DNA of 64,000 bases, taken from an uncultured Parasporobacterium sp. Its GTDB lineage: Bacteria > Bacillota > Clostridia > Lachnospirales > Lachnospiraceae. The notes beneath the pieces were generated by a model, which saw only the letters and a program-made list of their open reading frames with translations, was not told the DNA's origin and did not search any database. Positions 20,275-30,412 of this stretch are shown one piece after another; positions within the stretch are counted from its first letter, which is position 1, and each line of letters starts with the position of its first letter. The stretch is taken from contig CAXXOZ010000007.1 of the NCBI GenBank assembly GCA_963676435.2, positions 4,359 to 68,358 on the forward strand, given 5' to 3'. A program made the position numbers and the translations under genes.

Positions 20275-21237
20275 ATGAAGTCATCAGGTATAGGTGGGCA
20301 GGCTGTTATTGAAGGTATTATGATGAAAAACAAGGATGAATATTCTGTTGCAGTCAGAAAACCTGACAATAATATCGAGGTTATGAAAAGGAGCTGTAAG
20401 AAAAAGAAAAGAAAAATTGTAAATGCACCATTTATTAGGGGTATATTTGCTTTTATAGATTCTTTAGTTTTAGGAATTAAAACATTAACTTATTCAGCTA
20501 GTTTTATTGAAGAAGATTTACATGAAGAAGAAAAAAGTGGCGATAAAGTTGCACGTTCTCTTTTTAAAGAGAAAGGTGAGGCGGTTCTTACATTTTTCAC
20601 AATATTTTTATCAGTGGTTATTGCTGTTGCAGTTTTTATTGTATTACCATATTTTCTGTCTACAATTATTCTAAGATATTCAAATATAGCTTCAGAAACA
20701 CTAAAAGTTATTTTAGAAGGTGTATTGAAAATAATTATATTTATATTTTATATTCTACTGATATCAAAGATGAAAGATATTCAAAGGACATTTATGTATC
20801 ATGGTGCTGAACATAAGTGTATTAATTGTATAGAAACAGGTAATGAGTTAAATGTAGAAAATGTTATGAAAAGCTCAAAAGTACATAAAAGATGTGGAAC
20901 AAGCTTTTTGTTTTTAGTTCTATTTATTAGTATAATATTTTTCATTTTTATTAGATTTGATGCAGTTTGGTTAAGATATGTAGTGAGAGTTGCATTGATT
21001 CCAGTTATTGCGGCAATTTCATATGAAATAATAAGAAAAGCAGGAAATAGCAATTCGAAATTTTTCAATATTATTAGTAAGCCAGGTCTTTGGATGCAAA
21101 AGCTAACAACTAAGGAACCTGATGAAGGTATGTGTGAAGTTGCTATTGCAGCGGTAGAAGAAGTATTTGACTGGAAAGAATATCTAAAAGAAGATGAAGA
21201 TGAAATAGAAATTGTCTATGAAGACGAGGAAAAATAA
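20275..21237 (+). CDS. DUF1385 family membrane protein (YqhQ-like)
   Basis: MKSSGIGGQAVIEGIMMKN start after GGAGG, HGAEHK motif, several TM helices. Typical position upstream of prmC/prfA. Confidence 0.8.
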   Translation: MKSSGIGGQAVIEGIMMKNKDEYSVAVRKPDNNIEVMKRSCKKKKRKIVNAPFIRGIFAFIDSLVLGIKTLTYSASFIEEDLHEEEKSGDKVARSLFKEKGEAVLTFFTIFLSVVIAVAVFIVLPYFLSTIILRYSNIASETLKVILEGVLKIIIFIFYILLISKMKDIQRTFMYHGAEHKCINCIETGNELNVENVMKSSKVHKRCGTSFLFLVLFISIIFFIFIRFDAVWLRYVVRVALIPVIAAISYEIIRKAGNSNSKFFNIISKPGLWMQKLTTKEPDEGMCEVAIAAVEEVFDWKEYLKEDEDEIEIVYEDEEK

Positions 21238-22103
21238 TGAAAAGCTTTAAAGATATTTTGGTTGAAGGCGAAAACTATCTTGGAAAAGCAGGTTTAGACA
21301 ACGTAAAAGATGATGCCTGGTATCTTTTTGAAGAAACATTCAATATGAAAAGGGCAGAATATATATTAAATAAGGACCAAGAAGCTGATATAAATAAAGT
21401 TTCGAAGTTCTTTGAACAAATAAGAAAAAGAACATCAAACAAACCCTTGCAGTATATTACAGGACATCAGGAGTTTATGGGGTTAGATTTTGATGTAAAT
21501 GAAAATGTTCTTATACCAAGGTTAGATACTGAAGTATTGGTTGAAACTGCTCTTAATATTATTAAAAAAATAAACAAAGAGAAAATAAGAATATTGGATT
21601 TGTGTACAGGATCTGGTTGTATAGCGATTAGCTTGAAAAAGCTTTCTGAGAAAAAAGTGGAAATAACAGCTTCAGACATATCAGCTAAAGGATTGGAAGT
21701 TGCAAAAATAAATGCGAAAAAGAATGATGAAAATATTGAATTTATTGAGAGCAACTTATTTGAAAATATAGAAGGAAAGTACGATATTATCATTTCTAAC
21801 CCACCGTATATTAAATCAAAAGAAGTATTAGAGCTTATGGAAGAAGTTAGAAGCTATGAGCCAAATCTAGCTTTAGATGGTGGAGAAGGTGGACTTGATT
21901 TTTATAATAAGATTACAAAGGAGTCCGTTAAATTTTTAAATAATTACGGATTTTTATTATATGAGATTGGTTATGATCAGTCTGAGGATATAAAAAAAAT
22001 ATTTAAAGATAATAGTTTCAAAGAAATAGAAGTATTAAAAGACCTTGCGGGCTTAAATAGGGTTGCTAAAGGTATATACATGGAGGCTGAAAAAAATGTT
22101 TGA
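21237..22103 (+). CDS. prmC: Release factor glutamine N5-methyltransferase
   Basis: [14 protein letters not shown] motif and NPPY motif. Confidence 0.9.
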   Translation: MKSFKDILVEGENYLGKAGLDNVKDDAWYLFEETFNMKRAEYILNKDQEADINKVSKFFEQIRKRTSNKPLQYITGHQEFMGLDFDVNENVLIPRLDTEVLVETALNIIKKINKEKIRILDLCTGSGCIAISLKKLSEKKVEITASDISAKGLEVAKINAKKNDENIEFIESNLFENIEGKYDIIISNPPYIKSKEVLELMEEVRSYEPNLALDGGEGGLDFYNKITKESVKFLNNYGFLLYEIGYDQSEDIKKIFKDNSFKEIEVLKDLAGLNRVAKGIYMEAEKNV

Positions 22104-23166
22104 TAAATTAGAAGATTTGGTAAAAAGATTTGAAGAAATCTTAGAAGAGTTAAATAACCCTTCAGTTGTAAATGATCAACAAAGGTTTAGAAAATTAATG
22201 AAAGAGCAAAACGATCTTACCCAAATAGTTGATGCTTATAAAAAGTATAAAGAAGCAAAGCAAACTGTAGAGGATAGTCTTTTCATATTGGAAGAAGAAA
22301 ACGATGAAGATATGAGAGAAATGGCTAAAGAGGAATTGGCATCTGCAAAGGAAAGCATTGAAAATTTGGAAGAAGAGCTCAAAATACTTTTACTACCAAA
22401 AGATGAAAATGATGATAAAAACGTAGTTGTTGAAATCAGAGGTGGAGCAGGAGGAGATGAAGCAGCTCTTTTTGCAGCAGAATTATATAGAATGTACTGT
22501 AGATTTGCTGAGAGAAACCATTGGAAAACAGAAATGATTTCTTTAAATGAAAACGGACTTGGTGGATTTAAAGAAGTTATTTTTATGATAAATGGTCAAG
22601 GTGCATATTCAAAATTAAAATATGAAAGTGGTGTTCATCGAGTGCAGAGAATACCAGCAACTGAATCAGGTGGTAGAATACATACTTCAACTGCTACTGT
22701 AGCGATTATGCCAGAAGCAGAAGAAGTTGATGTTGAAATAGATATGAACGATTGCAAGTTTGATGTATTTCGTGCCTCAGGAAACGGTGGACAATGTGTA
22801 AATACAACAGATTCAGCGGTAAGATTAACACATATTCCAACAGGAATAGTAATATCCTGTCAGGATGAAAAATCACAGCTTAAAAATAAAGACAAAGCGA
22901 TGAAAGTTTTAAGAACCAGACTTTATGAGTTAGAATTAGAGAAAAAACAAAGTCAGGAAGCAGCAGCAAGAAAAAGTCAGGTAGGAACAGGGGATCGTTC
23001 TGAAAAGATTAGAACCTACAACTTCCCTCAAGGAAGAGTTACAGATCATAGAATAAAGCTTACTTCACACAGGCTTGAAAACATTATGGACGGTGACATT
23101 TACGAATTAATAGACAGTTGTATAGCTGCAGATCAGGCAGCGAAATTAAGTATGGAACAAGAATAA
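22096..23166 (+). CDS. prfA: Peptide chain release factor 1
   Basis: Start [11 protein letters not shown] tripeptide (RIPATES), GGQ motif ([11 protein letters not shown]). Confidence 0.95.
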   Translation: MFDKLEDLVKRFEEILEELNNPSVVNDQQRFRKLMKEQNDLTQIVDAYKKYKEAKQTVEDSLFILEEENDEDMREMAKEELASAKESIENLEEELKILLLPKDENDDKNVVVEIRGGAGGDEAALFAAELYRMYCRFAERNHWKTEMISLNENGLGGFKEVIFMINGQGAYSKLKYESGVHRVQRIPATESGGRIHTSTATVAIMPEAEEVDVEIDMNDCKFDVFRASGNGGQCVNTTDSAVRLTHIPTGIVISCQDEKSQLKNKDKAMKVLRTRLYELELEKKQSQEAAARKSQVGTGDRSEKIRTYNFPQGRVTDHRIKLTSHRLENIMDGDIYELIDSCIAADQAAKLSMEQE

Positions 23167-23178
23167 AGGAGCAAAATC

Positions 23179-24369
23179 ATGGTATCAGACAAAATGGGCA
23201 AATTTGTTGAAGGAAGTTCAGTAATAAGAAAAATGTTTGAGGAAGGTGACAGGCTGGCTAAATTATATGGTCCAGAAAATGTTTTTGATTTTAGTATAGG
23301 AAATCCAAATGTGCCAGCACCCAAAGAAGTAAATCAGGCAATTATTGATATAATTAATGAAGAGGACAGTGTTTCTGTACATGGTTATATGAGTAGTAAT
23401 TGTGGTTTCCCAGAAGTTAGAGAGACTGTTGCGAATTTTTTAAATAAAACATATGGAACTAAGCTAGGATTAGAAAATATTGTTATGACTGTAGGTGCTG
23501 CAGGAGGAATTAATGTTTTATTTAAATGTATTATTAATCCAGGTGATGAAGTTATAACTTTTGCACCTTATTTTGTGGACTATAATTCATATATTTCAAA
23601 CTACGATGGGAATATGGTGGTGGTATCACCTGAACCAAAAACTTTTCAGCCAGATTTGAAAGAATTTGAAGATAAAATTACAGCGAAAACAAAAGCAGTA
23701 ATAATAAACAATCCAAATAACCCAACAGGAGTTATATATTCTGAGGAAACTATTAAAAAGCTTGCCAAAATCTTGAATAAAAAACAAGCTGAGTTTGGGA
23801 CTGATATATATCTAGTTTCAGATGAACCATATAGAGATTTGGTATATGATGGAAAAGAGGTTCCATATATAACAAATTACTATGATAATGCAATAGTAGG
23901 ATATTCTTATTCGAAATCTTTGTCTTTACCTGGAGAAAGAATAGGATATCTTGTTGTACCTGATACAATATCTGATTTTCAAAATATTTCAGTTGCTTTA
24001 AATATTGCAACAAGGATACTTGGCTTCATTAATGCACCATCTTTAATGCAAAAAGTAATAGCAAGATGTATAGATTGCAAAACAGATATTACTCCATACA
24101 ATAAAAATAGAGAATTGTTATATAACTCTCTTTCAGATATGGGCTATGAATGTATCAAACCTGAGGGAGCATTTTATATGTTTATGAAATCACCAATAGA
24201 AGACGAAAAAGAATTTTGTAATGAAGCAAAAAAACAAAATATTTTATTAGTTCCAGGAAGTTCTTTTGCTTGTCCAGGATATGTTAGAATTGCATATTGT
24301 GTGGCTTATGATACTATAAAAAATTCCTTACCAGGATTTAAGAAACTAGCAGAAAATTATATTAAATAG
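23179..24369 (+). CDS. Class I/II pyridoxal-phosphate aminotransferase (AspC/AlaT-like)
   Basis: NPNNPTG, SYSKSLSLPGERIGY (PLP lysine). Confidence 0.85.
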   Translation: MVSDKMGKFVEGSSVIRKMFEEGDRLAKLYGPENVFDFSIGNPNVPAPKEVNQAIIDIINEEDSVSVHGYMSSNCGFPEVRETVANFLNKTYGTKLGLENIVMTVGAAGGINVLFKCIINPGDEVITFAPYFVDYNSYISNYDGNMVVVSPEPKTFQPDLKEFEDKITAKTKAVIINNPNNPTGVIYSEETIKKLAKILNKKQAEFGTDIYLVSDEPYRDLVYDGKEVPYITNYYDNAIVGYSYSKSLSLPGERIGYLVVPDTISDFQNISVALNIATRILGFINAPSLMQKVIARCIDCKTDITPYNKNRELLYNSLSDMGYECIKPEGAFYMFMKSPIEDEKEFCNEAKKQNILLVPGSSFACPGYVRIAYCVAYDTIKNSLPGFKKLAENYIK

Positions 24370-24387
24370 ATATATGGAGTGTTTATT

Positions 24388-25455
24388 ATGAGTTATGCAT
24401 GGGAAAAGAATATTAGAAAAGTTGAGCCTTATGTCCCGGGAGAACAACCCAAGGGAAAAGATATAATCAAATTAAACACAAATGAAAATCCATATCCTCC
24501 AGCTCCAGGAGTTAGGGAGTTGTTGGAAAAAATGGAGGTTGATAATTTTAGATTATATCCGGATCCTGATGCAAGTGTTCTTATCGATGAACTTGCGTCA
24601 TACTACAATGTAAATAATGATCAGGTTTTTGTTGGAGTAGGTTCAGATGATGTATTGGCAGTAGCTTTTATGACCTTTTTCAACTCAAATAAACCAATTC
24701 TGTTTCCAGATATAACATATTCTTTTTATCCTGTTTGGGCAAATCTGTTTGGGATTCCTTTTGAAAGACCAAAGCTAGATGAAAACTTTAGGATAAAATC
24801 AGAAGACTACTATGTAGATAACGGTGGAGTTATAATTGCAAACCCAAATGCTCCAACAACAGTATGCGAAAATTTAGAGTTTATCGAAGACATTGTTAAA
24901 AATAATCAAGATGTTGTTGTTATCATTGATGAAGCATATATAGATTTCGGTGGAGAATCAGCATTGAGTCTTATTGATAAATATAAAAATCTTTTAATTG
25001 TTCAAACCTTCTCAAAATCTCGATCAATGGCTGGAATGAGAATAGGTTTCGCTATTGGAGATAAAGATTTAATAAAAGCAATGAATAATGTTAAGTTTTC
25101 ATATAATTCATATACTATGAATCAACCTTCATTAAGTATTGGATGTGAAGCAATTAGAGATGATAAATATTTTAAAGAAACAATTGAAAAAATAATAAAA
25201 ACAAGAGAGCAGTCAATAAAAGAGTTGAAGAATCTTGGTTTTGATTGTCTTGATTCAAAGGCTAATTTTATTTTTGCAAAGCACAAAAATTATATGGCAA
25301 AAGATATATTTGAGTTTTTAAAATCAAAAAATATATATGTTAGATATTTTTCACAAAATAGGATTAATAACTACTTGAGAATCACAGTGGGTACGGACTC
25401 ACAGATGAAAAAGTTATTTGAAGCAATTAAAGAATATGTAGTGAATAAAAAGTGA
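24388..25455 (+). CDS. hisC: Histidinol-phosphate aminotransferase
   Basis: KLNTNENPYPP, IDEAYIDF, TFSKSRSMAGMRIGFA. ATG at 24388 lies 8 nt after GGAG. Confidence 0.85.
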   Translation: MSYAWEKNIRKVEPYVPGEQPKGKDIIKLNTNENPYPPAPGVRELLEKMEVDNFRLYPDPDASVLIDELASYYNVNNDQVFVGVGSDDVLAVAFMTFFNSNKPILFPDITYSFYPVWANLFGIPFERPKLDENFRIKSEDYYVDNGGVIIANPNAPTTVCENLEFIEDIVKNNQDVVVIIDEAYIDFGGESALSLIDKYKNLLIVQTFSKSRSMAGMRIGFAIGDKDLIKAMNNVKFSYNSYTMNQPSLSIGCEAIRDDKYFKETIEKIIKTREQSIKELKNLGFDCLDSKANFIFAKHKNYMAKDIFEFLKSKNIYVRYFSQNRINNYLRITVGTDSQMKKLFEAIKEYVVNKK

Positions 25456-25552
25456 CCCAAACGAGGTTGCTTTTTTTACTTTATATTCTATAAAATAAAA
25501 TTTATGTTATAATATATTTAGTTTAAAAAGGGAAATTAAAAGAGGAGCTAAA

Positions 25553-26926
25553 ATGGGGCAAACTAGACAGCAAAGAAGAAGGGAAATTATTAGAAGAAGA
25601 GCTTTAAGAAGGCTTAGAATTTTATTATTTTCGATAATTATAATAGTTCTTTTATTCGCTTTTCTATCCAATAGGATTTGCACTGGAAAAACTGAAAAAA
25701 ATGATACCGAGTTACTAAAAGAACATATAAAAACAACATATTTTGAAGGTGATGATTTTTCTTATATTAATATTGATGAATATTATGTTTATGGTACTCA
25801 TCTAAATATTTTCGGAAGCTCAAATATAAAAGAAGGAAAAGAGATTAAAGACTTTGACATCTTTTATACTGATAAAGAAGGAAACGAAAATAATGTATCT
25901 ATAAATTATGAAATAAATGATTCGAAAATAGAATTTTATATTTCGGAAGAAATAAATAATGGAATAAACCTTGAAAATATAGTAAATGGTACGTATGCTT
26001 TTGTTGTTAAAATCACATATTCCGATTACTTTATAGATTATTTCTTATTAGAAAATAATACTGAATATGACTTTTTGGAGTACTATACAATTACAAAAAA
26101 TTCAAAAAACAATAAAATTATTATAGGAAATGATTCAAATCTCTTTTCTATTTCAGTTGTAGAAAGTTCACTTCCAGAAGATGTTTATGACATTGTAATT
26201 GATCCTGGGCATGGTGGCAAAGATGTAGGAGCTGTTTCTGGGAACTATTATGAATCAAAGGAAGTAATGGAAATATCTTTAAAAATCAAGGAACAATTAG
26301 AAGAATTAGGCTTAAAAGTTCTTTTAACCAGAGATGGAAGCGAAAGTGATTTAGAGGATACCGTTTACAATTCATATGATGAAGATGGAAGGGTTGATAT
26401 TACTTGTTCATCAGGTGCTAAATATTGTTTTTCAATACATTTAAATAGCAATGAATACGAATTGAACAAAGGTGGGGTGGAGATATATTCCCCAGGTAAT
26501 GCAGATTTAAGCCTTGCTACAAGTCTTGCAATGAACATAGTTAATGGGACAAATAGTGATTATTCATATATGGAAACTTATAAGGTTAAGTCAGGGGTTT
26601 ATGTGAGGAACTTTTTAGAATCTGAAATAAGTTCTATGAGTAATTCAGCCATATCTTCTGGTTACGAACCATATTCCATCACAACTGATACACCATACCT
26701 ATTTATGATTAGAGAAACAGGTGGAATCATTACAGGAGCTTTTGCTGATGGCAGAAATCCTTCATATGGTGCGAATAAATATATGAATAATAATAAAGGG
26801 GTAGAGACTTATGTTTTAGAATTAGGCTACTTAAGTGTAGAGTCTGATTTAATAAATATATTAAATAACAAGAATAAATATGCTTCTAGTATTACTAAAT
26901 CAATTAAAGAATATTTGGGATTGTAA
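25553..26926 (+). CDS. Membrane-anchored N-acetylmuramoyl-L-alanine amidase (Amidase_3)
   Basis: Arg-rich N-terminus plus one TM helix, and [15 protein letters not shown]. Confidence 0.8.
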   Translation: MGQTRQQRRREIIRRRALRRLRILLFSIIIIVLLFAFLSNRICTGKTEKNDTELLKEHIKTTYFEGDDFSYINIDEYYVYGTHLNIFGSSNIKEGKEIKDFDIFYTDKEGNENNVSINYEINDSKIEFYISEEINNGINLENIVNGTYAFVVKITYSDYFIDYFLLENNTEYDFLEYYTITKNSKNNKIIIGNDSNLFSISVVESSLPEDVYDIVIDPGHGGKDVGAVSGNYYESKEVMEISLKIKEQLEELGLKVLLTRDGSESDLEDTVYNSYDEDGRVDITCSSGAKYCFSIHLNSNEYELNKGGVEIYSPGNADLSLATSLAMNIVNGTNSDYSYMETYKVKSGVYVRNFLESEISSMSNSAISSGYEPYSITTDTPYLFMIRETGGIITGAFADGRNPSYGANKYMNNNKGVETYVLELGYLSVESDLINILNNKNKYASSITKSIKEYLGL

Positions 26927-26937
26927 GGAGGAGGTTT

Positions 26938-27441
26938 ATGGGCTTTATAGTTATTCATGGTGATATAACAAAATGTAACACAGATGCAATTGTTAACGCA
27001 GCAAATACTTCCCTTTTAGGAGGTGGAGGAGTCGATGGTGCAATACATAAAGCAGCTGGACCAAAACTGCTTGAAGAATGCAGAGGATTAAACGGCTGCA
27101 TGACTGGTGGAGCGAAAATAACCAAAGCTTATAATTTACCATCAAAATATGTGATTCATACACCAGGTCCTGTATGGCATGGTGGCAAAAATAATGAAAA
27201 AGAATTACTTAAAAGCAGTTATTTAAATTCTTTAAAATTAGCAGAAAAAAATCACTGTAAAACTATAGCGTTTCCTTCAATAAGCACTGGGGTTTATTCA
27301 TTTCCAATAGAAAAGGCAGCTAGTATTGCAGTTAAGACAATAAAAGATTTCTTAAAAACTTCAATAAATGTTAAAAAAGTTTATATGGTTTGTTTCGATT
27401 TAAAAACGAAAATGGAATACGACAAAGCTGACAGAAAGTAG
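26938..27441 (+). CDS. Macro domain protein (O-acetyl-ADP-ribose deacetylase-like)
   Basis: [31 protein letters not shown]. Confidence 0.85.
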   Translation: MGFIVIHGDITKCNTDAIVNAANTSLLGGGGVDGAIHKAAGPKLLEECRGLNGCMTGGAKITKAYNLPSKYVIHTPGPVWHGGKNNEKELLKSSYLNSLKLAEKNHCKTIAFPSISTGVYSFPIEKAASIAVKTIKDFLKTSINVKKVYMVCFDLKTKMEYDKADRK

Positions 27442-27464
27442 AGATTTAATCATATGTTTATATG

Positions 27465-27493
27465 TTGATTAAAAATCTTAAAAATGTTAGAAT
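27465..27493 (+). promoter_or_regulatory. Sigma-A type promoter for the HD-GYP gene
   Basis: TTGATT, 17-bp spacer, TAGAAT, with TGt extended -10. Confidence 0.5.
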
Positions 27494-27533
27494 ATTCAAA
27501 TAGCAAAAATAACAACAAGTGGAGATTTAAAGC

Positions 27534-28571
27534 ATGAGATATATGCCTATTGATAAACTAGAGCCAGGAATGTGTCTGGGGAAAAATATTTACAACGAAA
27601 TGGGGAAACTCATACTATCAAAAAATAAGATTTTTACAGAAAATATTATTTCCCTTTTTAAAAAGCAGGGGTATCAGGGTGTTTATATACAGGATAAAAT
27701 ATCTGAAGACATTGAAATAGAAGAGATTGTTTCTTTAGAGATAAGAAATAAGTCAAAGAATGCAATAAGAGATTTATTTTTAACTGATCAGAAAGACTCT
27801 GAAGAAATATATAAAAATATAGACCTTTGTATAAAAGACATTATAAAAAGTATACTGAATAATAAAGAAGTTGTTGTAAATATGGTAGACTTAAAAACCT
27901 ATGACGACTACACCTATAGCCATAGTGTGAATGTTGGTATTTTAAGTGGAGTTATAGGAGCAGCCTTGGATTTTTCTGAAAGCTTTTTAAATCACCTTAT
28001 TACAGCAGCAATGTTGCATGATATCGGAAAAAAATTTCTTTCAATTGATTTATTAAATAAAAGAGAAAAAATCACAGAAGAAGAGTATGATACTCTAAAA
28101 AAACACTCTGAACTAGGGTATAATTTTATTAAAGATAATAGAAATTTATCTGCACATGTAAAATCTGGGATTTTACAACATCATGAAAGATATGATGGAA
28201 GAGGTTATCCATTAGCTAGAAAAGAAAAAGATATTCCTTTGATAAGTAGAATTATTGGTGTAGCAGATGCGTATGATGCAATCACTTCTTCAAGACCTTA
28301 TCATAAAGCATATCCACCAGGAGAGGGAATGGAGTATGTTATGGGGAACAGTGGGCTACATTTTGATCCTAAAGTAGTTGATATCTTTACCCAAAAAGTA
28401 GCAATATATCCTGTAGGAACAGAAGTTTTATTAAGTAATGGAGAAAAAGCATTAATAGTTAAAAATTATGAAAAATTTTGTTCAAGACCAATAGTAAAAA
28501 TGTTATCAAATGGTCAGGTTTTAGATTTGAAAGAAGATACCACTTTAATGAATATAACTGTTGTAAAATAA
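27534..28571 (+). CDS. HD-GYP domain c-di-GMP phosphodiesterase-type protein
   Basis: HSVNV, MLHDIGK, HHERYDGRGYP. Confidence 0.85.
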   Translation: MRYMPIDKLEPGMCLGKNIYNEMGKLILSKNKIFTENIISLFKKQGYQGVYIQDKISEDIEIEEIVSLEIRNKSKNAIRDLFLTDQKDSEEIYKNIDLCIKDIIKSILNNKEVVVNMVDLKTYDDYTYSHSVNVGILSGVIGAALDFSESFLNHLITAAMLHDIGKKFLSIDLLNKREKITEEEYDTLKKHSELGYNFIKDNRNLSAHVKSGILQHHERYDGRGYPLARKEKDIPLISRIIGVADAYDAITSSRPYHKAYPPGEGMEYVMGNSGLHFDPKVVDIFTQKVAIYPVGTEVLLSNGEKALIVKNYEKFCSRPIVKMLSNGQVLDLKEDTTLMNITVVK

Positions 28572-28579
28572 TAATATTT

Positions 28580-28623
28580 ATGAACTCTTATGTCAATAAC
28601 ATGACATTCAGAGTTCATTTTTT
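28580..28623 (+). terminator. Rho-independent terminator after the HD-GYP gene
   Basis: ATGAACTCTtATGTCA-ataaca-TGACATtcAGAGTTCAT followed by T6. Confidence 0.75.
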
Positions 28624-28636
28624 ACATTATAGGGAG

Positions 28637-30332
28637 TTTCGAAAAGCTAGGGTAAAATTTTTGTAGGATATTAATTAAAATAAATAATAGAGAACACCTT
28701 CTTTGTGTTAAGATTTAAATGCGAATAAAAATCAAATGCAAAGGATGGGTGTTCTCTATGATTAAAAGTATACAACAGTTTGAAGAAGTTGGGGTAAAAA
28801 ATTTAGGTAAAGTGTTAGAAGATTTTATAAATAAACCTGAAAAGCAGGCGGAGTTTATTTATGGTGTTACAGATTCAGTTGTAAGGTTAGGTTTAGATAT
28901 TATTAAAGAAACTTTAGAGAGCATGGATGAAGAACTACGTAAAAGTGGTCTGCGAAAGTCAGGATGGGTAATTAGCAGAAAAGATGAAACATCATTAATT
29001 ACAAGCCTTGGAACAGTTAAGTATCATAAAACACTGTTTAAAAATAAAGAATCTGGAATCTGCGAGTATCTGCTAGATAAAGTCATGGGACTGGAAAGTC
29101 ATACGAGAATGACAGAGGATGCAGAGGCGCAAATGCTTGAAGAAGCTGTAGATAGCAGTTACCGAAAAGGTGGAATAAATGTTAGTCTTTCAGATACAGT
29201 GAGTAAACAAACAGTTAAGAATAAGATTCATAGTCTGAAGTTTTATCAGGAAAATAATGAAGCCGTGCATAAGAAGCAAGTGGATTATCTATATATAGAT
29301 GCGGATGAAGACCATGTTTCCTTACAATATTTGGAAAGTAAGGGAGACATTGAAAAACCAAGATCAAATACAAGTATGCCAAAACTAGCCTACGTATATG
29401 AAGGAATTGAACCTGATGCACCTAAAAGTCAAAGGATGAAGTTGATAAATCCTAAATATTTTGGTGGGATTTATGAAGGAAGTAAAGGAGTGGAACAGTT
29501 TTGGCGAGAAATATACGATTATATACAGTCGACTTATGATATAAGTAAAATCAAGCATATATATATTAATGGGGATGGTGCTAATTGGATTAAGACAGGA
29601 AGGAAGTGGATTTCAGGATCTATTTTTGTATTGGACAAATTTCATATGCAAAAATACATTATAAAAGCAACTTCACATCTTATGGATTCAGCTTTAGATG
29701 CTAGAAGTGAAATATATCGAGCAATCAATAAAAGAGTTAAATGGATGGCACAGGCAACATTTGAAAAAATTTTAAATGTAACAGAAACAGAAAGTCAGAG
29801 AAAAAAAGTTGAAACCTGTATGTTATATATTCTCGGTAATTGGAATGGTATAATAAGAGGTGGAATTAACAAAGATTCACAGGTGGGTTGTAGTGCAGAA
29901 GGTCATGTAAGTCATATTTATTCGGACAGAATGAGTTCTAGACCATTAGGGTGGAGCAGACACGGTGTTAATCAAATGTCGAAACTACGAATATATAAAG
30001 CAAACAAAGGAAATATGTTAGAGCTTGTAAGAATGCAAAAACAGGAATTACAATTGGCTGCAGGTGCAGAAGAAGAGATAATATGTATGAGTAGCGAAAT
30101 GTTTAAAGCCGAAAGAACAAGATTAAAAGAAGAACAAAGATATTTAGAAAGAATGACCCACAGTATTCCTTTTCCAGAAGTTAAAAAAATAGCATATTTC
30201 AAACATCAAATTTGGGGATTGTAAAAATAGAGAAAAATAGTTATAGTGTGAACAGAAGCTAAGTCTGAAACACATCAAGGGGAATCTCTGTCCAATTAAA
30301 TCCTACAGTTAATTTACGCTATCTTTCGAAAA
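28637..30332 (+). mobile_element. ISLre2-family-like insertion sequence, coordinates include the 9-bp target duplications
   Basis: Direct repeat TTTCGAAAA at 28637-28645 and 30324-30332. It flanks imperfect 24-bp terminal inverted repeats (GCTAGGGTAAAATTTTTGTAGGAT vs reverse complement GATAGCGTAAATTAACTGTAGGAT, about 18/24). A single transposase ORF lies inside. Confidence 0.7.
28758..30224 (+). CDS. Transposase (UPF0236/ISLre2 family, by recollection)
   Basis: About 488 aa starting MIKSIQQFEE. Internal YIDADEDHV and INGDGANWI acidic motifs fit a DDE-type enzyme. Flanked by IRs and target duplications. Alternative upstream ATG at 28719. Confidence 0.65.
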   Translation: MIKSIQQFEEVGVKNLGKVLEDFINKPEKQAEFIYGVTDSVVRLGLDIIKETLESMDEELRKSGLRKSGWVISRKDETSLITSLGTVKYHKTLFKNKESGICEYLLDKVMGLESHTRMTEDAEAQMLEEAVDSSYRKGGINVSLSDTVSKQTVKNKIHSLKFYQENNEAVHKKQVDYLYIDADEDHVSLQYLESKGDIEKPRSNTSMPKLAYVYEGIEPDAPKSQRMKLINPKYFGGIYEGSKGVEQFWREIYDYIQSTYDISKIKHIYINGDGANWIKTGRKWISGSIFVLDKFHMQKYIIKATSHLMDSALDARSEIYRAINKRVKWMAQATFEKILNVTETESQRKKVETCMLYILGNWNGIIRGGINKDSQVGCSAEGHVSHIYSDRMSSRPLGWSRHGVNQMSKLRIYKANKGNMLELVRMQKQELQLAAGAEEEIICMSSEMFKAERTRLKEEQRYLERMTHSIPFPEVKKIAYFKHQIWGL

Positions 30333-30339
30333 AAAAGAA

Positions 30340-30368
30340 TTGCAATTATTCCTGGCGTCTGTTATACT
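30340..30368 (+). promoter_or_regulatory. Predicted sigma-A promoter of clpB
   Basis: TTGCAA, 17-bp spacer, TATACT, 45 nt upstream of the clpB ATG. Confidence 0.45.
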
Positions 30369-30383
30369 TGTACTATAACAGAC
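30357..30383 (+). promoter_or_regulatory. Perfect 10-7-10 palindrome overlapping the clpB -10 box (candidate operator)
   Basis: GTCTGTTATA-cttgtac-TATAACAGAC. Matches neither CIRCE nor the CtsR box. Confidence 0.4.
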
Positions 30384-30412
30384 AAAATACAAATAGAAAG
30401 GTTGTGGTTTTT

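Noticed and set aside
27442-27480. AT-rich imperfect hairpin after the macro-domain gene, considered as a terminator.
   Set aside because: The stem is bulged and all A/T with no T tail. It overlaps the predicted HD-GYP promoter, so it was not called.
28580-28618. The GAACTCT/AGAGTTC arms of the HD-GYP terminator resemble the terminal hairpin arms of repeat copies A and B.
   Set aside because: The arm order is reversed relative to the repeat hairpins and the similarity is only 7 nt, so this is probably coincidence.
28478-28666. 62-aa ORF spanning the end of the HD-GYP gene, its terminator and the IS left end.
   Set aside because: It crosses a strong terminator and the IS boundary. Its C-terminal similarity (LHYREFRK) to a reverse-strand reading of repeat copy A only reflects nucleotide similarity of the repeat, not a gene.
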